Assembly (NCBI GenBank): GCA_039621445.1
Contig: CP154954.1
Coordinates: 31,644,012-31,708,011, forward strand
Source: Euglena gracilis
Taxonomy: Eukaryota
Length of the DNA stretch: 64,000 nucleotides
Direction: 5' to 3'
Position 1 is the first letter of the stretch, and every line of letters starts with the position of its first letter. Both the position numbers and the translations under genes were made by a program. Shown one piece after another: positions 1 through 9,745 of this stretch. The notes beneath the pieces are model-generated. The model was given only the letters and a program-made list of their open reading frames with translations. It had not been told where the DNA came from and searched no databases.

Positions 1-903
1 AAAAAAAACGACACTTTTTGACGACCAAAAAAAAAATGACTTTCGAACTTTTTCCTCAAAAATGGCCATTTCAAAGGAAAAGCTCGTTTTTTTTTAAAAC
101 AAATCGGTTTTTTGTTTTTTTGAAGAAAAAAAAAACGTCAACCCTGACCTTAACCCAAACCCTAACCCTTACCCAAACCCGATTCCTTAAAGAACAAAAA
201 TTGAGGGTTTGGGCTAGGGTTCGGGTTAGGGTAAGGGGCAGGTGGGGGTCGTAGGCGGGGAGCAAACAGATGTCGTTTTTTTGTTGGGAAAGAATAAAAT
301 TTTGATTTCTCACTTGTTTTTGCAATGTTCTTTTTCTTTCTCCCCTCTTCATTTCATCACAGCAAGCATGCCGGGACATTGCAGAAACGCCTCTTCAAAA
401 AAGGACACCAAGCCACTTGGTGGGGACGCGGGGGGACGCCGGGGGGGGACAACCCCCGAAATGTGTCTAGGACACGCTCGGGCATGAGGAGTGTGCCTAG
501 GACAAGGACTTGGGCTGAGCCAGAACCCGGGGCAGGGGATGGCAACCGGTGGGGGCCTGGTGTGCCGCTCGGGGGGGGGGGGTTGGCCCCCCCCACCCCC
601 GCCGCTCGCGCGCTTGCCCAAGAAAAAAAATCGTGAAAAAAATCACGGCCTTTTTGAGGCCTAAGAATGGCCAAAAATGACCATTTTCAGACATGAAATG
701 GCAAATTTTGGGGGCGCGCACTCCATGCGGCCCTAGAAGCCCATGTTTTTTAAATCAAAAATGGCCCAAAAATGGCCAAAACAGACCACTTTTTGGAACC
801 GAAACCACCAATTTTAGGACGCACGCCGCCCGCACGATCGCCCTCGGACCCCCCTCTCCCCCTGGCGCACCCGCCCGCGTGGCCGATCGCCCCCCCCCCT
901 CAA

Positions 904-1393
904 TAGGGCTGTTTCGATTAATCGATTAATCGTTTAATCATTCGTCATCGCCGATTAATCGAATCGTTCGGCCCATGGCGATTAATCGTTCATTGTGGAT
1001 GTAAACCACAATAGGCACAATATTTGTTGAAATCAACAAAAATTCATGGGGTATGCAGGCAGATAGCACATCATTTGCTGGTACACCATGAAAACGGTTG
1101 TTAAAAGTGGCCAACGAGTCAGCGAACGTGCCCGTGAAACATCGCGCGATTCTGATTAAGGTACAGCAGTTCCTAATAAGCTTTCATTCTGCCATGTCAA
1201 CGGAGAATGAAACAATGATTCGTCAGCGGGCACACAAAGAAATGGTCTATGTTCGATATTAGAACTTCTTAGGCAGATTTCATTGTCAAAAAAAAAAACA
1301 GAAGGGACCAATTAATCGTTAATCGTCCGAGACACCCCGATTAATCGCGATTAATCGTTCGCCAGCCCGAAACGATTAATTGGCACAACCCTA
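904..1393. mobile_element. Non-autonomous hAT (Ac-type) DNA transposon / MITE
   Basis: Termini TAGGGCTGTTTCGATTAATCG ... CGATTAATTGGCACAACCCTA, many subterminal CGATTAATCG motifs, flanking duplication CCCTCAA (7 bp visible, next to a C run). Confidence 0.8.
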
Positions 1394-2024
1394 CCCTCAA
1401 CCCCCCTCCCCCCCACTGTCCCTAGCCTCCAGTGGGCCTGGGACCCTTCCAAACAGAGCGACTTCGGACCCGAAAATAACCCAAACCCCAAAATCAAACA
1501 ACCTCCAATTTCTCAAATAACCTCACCCACCTGATCCGGAGTTCTGAGCCACGGGTTGACGCCCAAATCGGCGTTAGAGGAATCACGGCCAATTTTGCCC
1601 CAACCGTTTTGAGCTGCTGTGGCTGTGCTCTTGAATTTTTGGCCTCAAAAAGGCCTTATGTGGGTCATCCTTGGTGATTTTTCCTTGACCTGCCAAGGCG
1701 GATTTGCGGGGTCACGGTGGGGTCACGGGGTGAGTGGGTCATGGGGACCCATAAACCCCCTTCCAAACCCTTGGCAACACTCACTCGCTAAACTTGGGCT
1801 TGAAGCGATTCGTCAAGGCCGGGAAAAGGGAGCAATGGAAGCAAGAGAAAAAGAGGGAGGGATGGAAGAGGGACGGGGCGCGGCGCCAGGAGGGACCAGT
1901 CGTTCTTTTATTGGACGATTTTTTTTTAAGCCGAAGTTCGAGAGCTATTAACAAACCCTAACGTTGGGGAAGGGGGAAGGTGCCATTGGCGAGATGTCAA
2001 AAAAATCTGATTTGAAAATGGGAA

Positions 2025-5000
2025 AGGTGATGTCCAGAAACATCCAATGTTCCTTGGCATTTTGGGCAGAGTGTCTTGCCTGAAGAAGCACCCTCTGTGA
2101 GTGGCATCCCAATGTTCCAACGCAAAAGGCAGCGAAATTCAGCAGAAGGCAACAAAGTGCGGGTGCCCGTGCTTGGGGTGGCAGCCGCCCAGGCCATGGC
2201 ATGTGGCTGACATTGGTTGGTAAATCGGACTTGGTTAGTGGGGGGCAGGGTCCTTGCAAGAACTGTTTGCCGTGCCGTGGAAAACTGTCCATTCCACCAC
2301 TTTTGGGAGGTGTGAGGACTTTGCGCGTCTTTCAACAGTGACAGGTCGTCAACCCATTGCACCAGTGGGGCAACGTTGCCGAGGATGGCTGATGCTTCTT
2401 GGAGGCACACCAGAGTGTCTGAGGGGGCCCTGGGGAACGCCGAAGGAATACCAAGTGTTTCGGGGCCACGACGGATGTATTCCACAATGCCAGCAATCCG
2501 AGCTGGTAGACGAATGTGTCCCGGATCAGAGATGCCGAGTCCACCCAGCCGGATGGGGAGACAAATTTGTTCCCATTGTTCAGGGGTTCCTTCAAAGCAA
2601 CGTCGGAGGGTCGTACGGAAAGCTGCACATTCTGGGCGGCCCGTGCCGATTGTCCCATTTGTGAAGGACTCCGGCGTCAAGGTCCTTGGTGTGCCACTCT
2701 GCCATCCTGAAGGTGACGCTTTTGCCCGACAAATCCGGTGCAAACGTGTGGATGGTGTTGTGAAGGCGTGTGACTCCCACTCAAGACTCCCCCAGGCACA
2801 CCTCCAGTTCACCATTTTGCGATATTGCCTGACATCATGCAAAGTCAACGACCTCCTTCGCGCTACGCCTCTTTCCACTTGGCGCAGGGGGCTGTCTGGT
2901 GGAATAGCGTCCGGAAAACACCCATGGTTGCTAGCAGAGGTGAAAGAGGGGCCCCACAGGTTGCACTTTGCAAGATTGACAACAAGGCCCCTTTTTCCTG
3001 CCTCCCTGGTGAGAGTGGACAGTGCTGAGTGGAGTTGCATGGAGAACCCAATGGAGAGCTGCTATAGCCAACATTCTCGCCTATTTTGTGGGAAATTGAT
3101 GCTGCTTTCCGCCCGAGGGCACAACAAGGGGATCCGTGTGGTCCTGCTCTCTTTGCATGGGGTCTACAAGACATGCTTGAAGATTTGTCCGCTTCTGTGG
3201 AATGGCAAGGTTGGTACCTCGACGACGGTCCAACCATGGCAGGGCGGATGGGCATCTGCGGCGGACACTGTCGAGAGCGGAGGCACGAAACATGCTGTTG
3301 AAGGCGTTTGTGAGGTCAATTTTAAGCAAGCCCCACCGTTCTTCCTTCTTATTGTGAAGATCAGAAACCATCTGTTGCAAACCCATGGCTGTCAGGCTGC
3401 AAGCATTTCTGACTCCGACACCCGTTTGCAGGGGGCACAGGTCCTTAAGTGTTGGGTCACTGAAGGGTGATGCATCAGCACTTTGGCCACCAACCGCCGA
3501 ATTCACTCACCAGCAGCGATTGGGCGGGTGCCATCAGTTGCCGTTTCACCACCATTCTGTGGGATGGCGGCTGCCTTACGCAAGGGTGTGAGAGTTGCCG
3601 ATGATAGAATCGGAGCCATGAGGGGGTGGACTCCTTTGGAGATGCAATCTGTGACAAATTTGTCCAAGCATTCAAGGAGATCCTCAGCTCGCGATCCTGG
3701 CAAGTCTGCTAGCATGCTCTGAAGGTGATCTTGCCAGAGCCCAGACGGCCCCGGAGCGGAGTCTTTTGGGAAGGTGCAGATGAGTTTCCGCAGAGCAAAC
3801 GTTCGGTCCCGCAAGGTTTCCAGATCTCTCGCAAATTGCAATTGGTGAGACGGGTCCCACGTTCCAAAACCAGGGGGCTCTTCAAATGGGTGGAGAGCAT
3901 GCAACCGAGCCATGACAGTAGGATCTGATGAGTCCTGTACTCCGTCAGAAGTGAGAACACGACATGCCTTGGAGATGGCGCCGTGCCCGACAAGAGTTTC
4001 GACCCGGTTGAGAAGGCGCTCCATGTGGACACTTTCTTCATACGAGTGCGAGCAGCCGGCGGAGGTAACTCCAGTAGTGCGGAATCTTCCCAACTTTCCT
4101 TCACGGGACGTTGGAGATACAGACGGGCACGCTCTGCAACCTTCCGACCAACGTGAGCCCAATGGGTCTCTCCCCCTCTTTTCAAGGGGCAGAGGACAGC
4201 CTTCGGGAAGGCCCACAGGGACTGTAAGGTCAACCAACTTGGATTTGCATTGAAGTTCCGTAGCAATGTCACAAAAGTGCAAGTGACTTGGACAACTGCT
4301 CCGCGAGGAATGTGCACCAAGGTGGGCCGTGAGTCCAAACCGATTTCTGCAAAAGAAGGCGACAAGGTTGCCCCGTCATCTGGGAACGTACCCGGGGGAA
4401 CAGAGCAAGATACTCGGCGTTGCCTGCTGTCCTGTGAGTTGGGTAACATGGCCACGTCCCCTTGGGAGTGTGAAGCGGGCTGACCAGCAGGGAGGTGGAG
4501 AAACTGCACACGGGCCGGTCAAAAACTGCACTGCAAAAAACTGCAAAAAACTGCAAAAAACTGCAAAAAACTGCAAAAAACTGCACTTCAACAAAAAATG
4601 ACGTAAACAAGCTGAAATGGTGTGCACATGCAAAATAACGTAAATTGCGACCAGATGAGCAGGCCCCAATTCACCAAAATTTTCTTGCATATTTTCCACC
4701 CCCCTGCTGACCAGGTTACTAACTCCGGCAACGACAGGAGATATGGCACAGGATCGTTGGAGTGGTTGAGCGGTCGTCGTCGAGGAAGAAGCAGTAGTTG
4801 ACTGAATGGGCAGGTGTGCTGGCGTTGGTGGTTGTGGTGAGGGTAAAGTCACAGGGTGGATGTTGTCCATCAAGGGGAGGAATGAAGCATTTTGGTGGTC
4901 CTGTAGCCATTGGCCACCAGCATCAAGGCCGGACACTCCGGAAGCAGTCGGCAGGGCGAGAGGGAGTTGGGGGAAAACCGGCAGCGCATTCATCGGAAAC

Positions 5001-5517
5001 CAGGAGCCATGGGCTGGGCCAAGCTGAGAACATTGAGAGGCTGTTGACATTTCAACGTCGTCTTCAGGGCCTGGATTGGCTTACATCACCACAGGTCAGG
5101 GCTTCTTCTCCCCTCCCAGAAGAGGCGTGTTGCTTGATTTTTGCAGGCCCCTGTGTCATTGCAAATCGCTGGTGCAGACTGGTGTCAGTGGGTTTTCCAA
5201 AAAAGGAGGCAAGCATATTTTTTGGAGTGTTTGGCTGGTGGGTGGGTGGGTAGGTGGGTGCTGCAGTGCTCGGCTTGATAGGCGGCATCAGAAAGTCTTG
5301 CAGGTGAGACGGGTGTGTGATGGGCCCTGAAGTTTGGAGCATGAAAAATTTTCCCGCATTTTTTTTGGCAAACTGTTGTCAACAGATGAACGGAGTTTCC
5401 CTTCAGGACACAGGTTTTCAATGGCACTTTCAAACAAAGCAAAAGAGAGTGCACAGAGAAGGAATGCAAACAGGTTCCAGTTGTCAGTGGGGGGCTTACA
5501 ACAGATGTTGGTGCAGC
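2025..5517 (-). mobile_element. Decayed CRE/SLACS-clade non-LTR retrotransposon (RT + start of Cys/His knuckle), copy 1
   Basis: Motifs PTLVHIPRGA, LWAFPKAVL..KRGG, SAPGPSGL, RPIAAGE, LQTGVG, LLKIDLTNAFNS, QQGDPCGPALF, WYLDDG, GLVVNLAKC, GVKVLGVPL, LPIRLGGLGI, CPKC..GHHL. Frameshifts, a stop and two inversions; 3' endonuclease part missing. Confidence 0.88.
4488..4706. mobile_element. 219 bp hAT-type MITE inserted in the CRE element
   Basis: TIRs CAGGGAGGTGGAGAAA / TTTTCCACCCCCCTG, perfect 8 bp TSD CTGACCAG (4480-4487, 4707-4714), internal (CTGCAAAAAA)x5. Confidence 0.9.
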
Positions 5518-5866
5518 AGGGGACGCGGGGGGGACGCGGGGGGGGGGGGACGCGGGGGCACCACCATTCCGGGTGCTATGCTGGCGTTTTTTTGATTTTT
5601 TTTAAAAAAAGTAAAAAAAATTTTTTTTTTTAAAAAAATTAAACTGGCAAAAAACGGGTTGTTTTTAAAATGCAGTTCTAAAAGGCATTGCCATCTACTT
5701 GCTCTGAAACGTTTCTTAAAAAAAAGCAGTTTTACAATGCATTACCATCTCCCTGTTCTGCCCAAAGCACCTTCACACCCATCCTGTTTCTTCTATTTCT
5801 ATTTTTGGGGGAACTTGTTCGCTGTATGCATCCCCAAAACCACGACCCCCAAACGGCAGAGTCGAA

Positions 5867-5884
5867 CCCTAACCCTAACCCTAA
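5867..5884. repeat. Short interstitial telomere-type repeat (CCCTAA)3
   Basis: Exact CCCTAACCCTAACCCTAA. Degenerate versions at 141-240 and 6210-6305. Confidence 0.7.
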
Positions 5885-7308
5885 TCAAGGTTGTCGGCTC
5901 GTTTTTTGAAACAAAAAAACATGTTTTTTTTTAAAAAAAACGCCATGGAGGGTTTTTTTTGTTTTTTGGGTGTAAAATGTGCTGCATCCTTCGTAGTCTG
6001 CAAAGGGAGCTGGCTTTCACAACTGCGACACCTTGTCAACCACATCTTTTGGGATGAAGGGTCTGGAAAAACAAAAAAAACGTCACTTTTTGACGACCAA
6101 AAAAAAAATGACTTTCGAACTTTTTCCTCAAAAATGGCCATTTCAAAGGAAAAGCTCGTTTTTTTTTAAACAAATCGGTTTTTTGTTTTTTTGAAGAAAA
6201 AAAAACGTCAACCCTGACCTTAACCCAAACCCTAACCCTTACCCAAACCCGATTCCTTAAAGAACAAAAATTGAGGGTTTGGGCTAGGGTTCGGGTTAGG
6301 GTAAGGGGCAGGTGGGGGTCGTAGGCGGGGAGCAAACAGATGTCGTTTTTTTGTTGGGCAAGGATAAAATTTTGATTTCTCACTTGTTTTTGCAATGTTC
6401 TTTTTCTTTCTCCCCTCTTCATTTCATCACAGCAAGCATGCCGGGACATTGCAGAAACGCCTCTTCAAAAAAGGACACCAAGCCACTTGGTGGGGACGCG
6501 GGGGGACGACGGGGGGGGGACAACCCCCGAAATGTGTCCAGGACACGCTCGGGCATGAGGAGTGTGCCTAGGACAAGGACTTGGGCTGAGCCAGAACCCG
6601 GGGCAGGGGATGGCAACCGGTGGGGGCCTGGTGTGCCGCTCGGGGGGGGGGGTTGGCCCCCCCCACCCCCGCCGCTCGCGCGCTTGCCCAAGAAAAAAAA
6701 TCGTGAAAAAAATCACGGCCTTTTTGAGGCCTAAGAATGGCCAAAAATGACCATTTTCAGACATGAAATGGCAAATTTTGGGGGCGCGCACTCCATGCGG
6801 CCCTAGAAGCCCATGTTTTTTAAATCAAAAATGGCCCAAAAATGGCCAAAACAGACCACTTTTTGGAACCGAAACCACCAATTTTAGGACGCACGCCGCC
6901 CGCACGATCGCCCTCGGACCCCCCTCTCCCCCTGGCGCACCCGCCCGCGTGGCCGATCGCCCCCCCCCCCTCAATAGGGCTGTTTCGATTAATCGATTAA
7001 TCGTTTAATCATTCGTCATCGCCGATTAATCGAATCGTTCGGCCCATGGCGATTAATCGTTCATTGTGGATGTAAACCACAATAGGCACAATATTTGTTG
7101 AAATCAACAAAAATTCATGGGGTATGCAGGCAGATAGCACATCATTTGCTGGTACACCATGAAAACGGTTGTTAAAAGTGGCCAACGAGTCAGCGAACGT
7201 GCCCGTGAAACATCGCGCGATTCTGATTAAGGTACAGCAGTTCCTAATAAGCTTTCATTCTGCCATGTCAACGGAGAATGAAACAATGATTCGTCAGCGG
7301 GCACACTA

Positions 7309-7420
7309 CACAAAAATCGTCCATGTCACCCGGACACACGGTGTGTCCGGGTTATGGGCGCCGTAGGCGCCCATAACCCGGACACACGGTGTGTCCGGGT
7401 TACAATGGACGATTTTTGTC
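7309..7420. mobile_element. 112 bp fold-back (hairpin) mini-element flanked by TA
   Basis: Near-perfect palindrome centred on GCC-GTA-GGC (7364). Each arm contains a self-palindrome ACCCGGACACACGGTGTGTCCGGGT. TA at 7307-7308 and 7421-7422. Confidence 0.85.
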
Positions 7421-7422
7421 TA

Positions 7423-8954
7423 TATCCGTTGACTAAGAGGCCCAAGACACACACTGTGTCTCGTGGAACTTAGCCACGCAATGTCTACCCCGTATTTTTT
7501 TGCAATTTTTTGTCAAATTTTCAGTTCACGAGGACACACACTGTGTCTCGTGGACTGCCAGTCCACGAGACACAGTGTGTGTCCCCGTGGACTGGGACAC
7601 ACACTGTGTCTCGTGGACTGGCAGTCCACGAGACACAGTGTGTGTCCTCGTGAACTGAAAAAAATCAAGAATTCCCACTGGTCCGACCAACAAGTGCCCC
7701 CTAATAACTTGGCCTTTCGGCAACTTTTGGCTTAGAGCATAAAGGTTTCTCGTGGACAAGTTTCACCACATTCCACTACCTGTCCTTGCAGTTTTTTCTT
7801 TCGAAAAATGAAGAAGACCGCAAACAGTGTGGACCGCATGCTCCCCCGACCCCCGAAACCAGATGAATTTGTTGCTACACTGGAAAAGTATTTGGTCGAT
7901 TTGCAGAAGGGCCCTGCTGTTGACCCAATACACGGTACGTTGTTGGCCAACGTGTTGGAGGAGAAGCCAAAAGGGACCGCAAAGGCTGAGCGTGTAGCTG
8001 TTACACGCCTGTTGGAGTTCCAGCAGATGTGTAAACATCTGAACGCTCAGTATGAGGACCTGGATGGCTTTTTTTCCGCATGGGCTGGTTGGGTCATTGA
8101 CCCCAGATATTTGTTTGATGAGGCTACCCTCATCAATCAAGCTGAGCAACAACGCCGGGCACAGTGTGGCACCACATTCAAATTCGAGACATACCTGCCT
8201 TCTACTGTCCGAGGTCATTTCAACTCTCTCGCACGGGTGTTCACATCTGTTGACCCGGACGGCACTCTGGTTCCATCTTCCAAAAAACAGTTTCCGCAAC
8301 TGAACCGCCTCATGACGTCGGCTCTGACGCGAGAGAGTTCCCGGAAAGCTGTGGGGCAAACATTCCCTCCCTTTTCCCTGCCGTCTCCTCCTCCCGGGCA
8401 AACAAACGCCCTCGTCCTGTCCGTCCCAATTGTGGGTTTTGTGGGGTCACCGTTCCTTTGAACCCACCCTGTCGTGAGCTAAATGCTGTGCTCTGTGATG
8501 CATGTGGGCTGTCGTACCACTGGAAGTGTGCTAACCTGGTGCGTCCCCCAAAGCATGGGTCCTGGATTTGTGAGTCGTGTGTTGGTCAGTAAGGCGTAAC
8601 GCTGCGCTCCTCGTTACGTCTCCTCGTTGTCTGTTATGCCGTTCCGTGTCCCGACGACCATTGTTCCAATTTTGCGCCAACTGTCTCTCAGCTGTTACAG
8701 CTCACGGTTGTCCGGTGACCATCTTTCCATGCATTGCATTAGATGTAGAACACCTCGCATTTCTGGCAAACACCTTTTATTTTTCAGTCCACGAGACACA
8801 GTGTGTGTCCCAGTCCACGGGGACACACACTGTGTCTCGTGGACTGCCAGTCCACGAGACACAGTGTGTGTCCCCGTGGACTGGGACACACACTGTGTCT
8901 CGTGGACTCAGTCCACGAGACACAGTGTGTGTCTTGGGCCTCAGTCCACGGATA
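7423..8954 (+). mobile_element. TA-flanked inverted-repeat element with palindrome arrays, Crypton-like, internally deleted
   Basis: About 45 bp TIRs (TATCCGT.GACT..GAGGCCCAAGACACACACTGTGTCTCGTGGA), five GACACA-N3-TGTGTC motifs at each end, absent from duplicate copy 1. Confidence 0.8.
7808..8592 (+). pseudogene. Crypton/DUF3504-like tyrosine recombinase N-terminal (core-binding) region joined, out of frame, to a PHD finger; catalytic domain absent
   Basis: ORF 7808-8461 has KGTAKAERVAVTRLLEF, EDLDGFFSAWAGWV, ETYLPSTVRGHFNSLARVF, QFPQLNRLM, resembling Crypton/ZMYM-type YR N-domains. Another frame at 8431-8592 reads CGFC-x14-VLCDACGLSYHWKC-x10-WICESC (C4HC3 PHD). Confidence 0.65.
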
Positions 8955-9745
8955 TAAAGAAATGGTCTATGTTCGATATTAGAACTTCTTAGGCAGATTT
9001 CATTGTCAAAAAAAAAAAACAGAAGGGACCAATTAATCGTTTATCGTCCGAGACACCCCGATTAATCGCGATTAATCGTTCGCCAGCCCGAAACGATTAA
9101 TTGGCACAACCCTACCCTCAACCCCCCTCCCCCCCACTGTCCCTAGCCTCCAGTGGGCCTGGGACCCTTCCAAACAGAGCGACTTCGGACCCGAAAATAA
9201 CCCAAACCCCAAAATCAAACAACCTCCAATTTCTCAAATAACCTCACCCACCTGATCCGGAGTTCTGAGCCACGGGTTGACGCCCAAATCGGCGTTAGAG
9301 GAATCACGGCCAATTTTGCCCCAACCGTTTTGAGCTGCTGTGGCTGTGCTCTTGAATTTTTGGCCTCAAAAAGGCCTTATGTGGGTCATCCTTGGTGATT
9401 TTTCCTTGACCTGCCAAGGCGGATTTGCGGGGTCACGGTGGGGTCACGGGGTGAGTGGGTCATGGGGACCCATAAACCCCCTTCCAAACCCTTGGCAACA
9501 CTCACTCGCTAAACTTGGGCTTGAAGCGATTCGTCAAGGCCGGGAAAAGGGAGCAATGGAAGCAAGAGAAAAAGAGGGAGGGATGGAAGAGGGACGGGGC
9601 GCGGCGCCAGGAGGGACCAGTCGTTCTTTTATTGGACGATTTTTTTTTAAGCCGAAGTTCGAGAGCTATTAACAAACCCTAACGTTGGGGAAGGGGGAAG
9701 GTGCCATTGGCGAGATGTCAAAAAAATCTGATTTGAAAATGGGAA

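Larger units (their letters stand above)
1..5517. repeat. Tandem segmental duplication, copy 1 (left end runs off the window)
   Basis: Near-identical to 6073-13239 (offset about 6072 before the 1649 bp indel, 7720-7722 after). Homology ends at ...GGTGCAGC (5517 vs 13239). Confidence 0.97.
6975..9114. mobile_element. Same hAT MITE in copy 2, carrying a nested 1649 bp insertion
   Basis: Same TIRs and CCCTCAA flanks as 904-1393. Confidence 0.8.

Noticed and set aside
141-240. True telomere or telomere fusion
   Set aside because: Repeats are short, degenerate and internal to a duplicated TE-like unit.
2376-3470. 364 aa + strand ORF as a real RT gene
   Set aside because: It is a chimera of antisense CRE sequence and two inverted RT fragments.
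5518-6970. Spliced-leader RNA gene array as CRE target
   Set aside because: No recognisable SL exon/Sm-site unit. The CRE ends are truncated so the target site is not visible.
7518-7660. CRISPR-like repeat array
   Set aside because: Units alternate in orientation with no unique spacers, there are no cas genes and the context is eukaryotic. These are TE subterminal palindromes.
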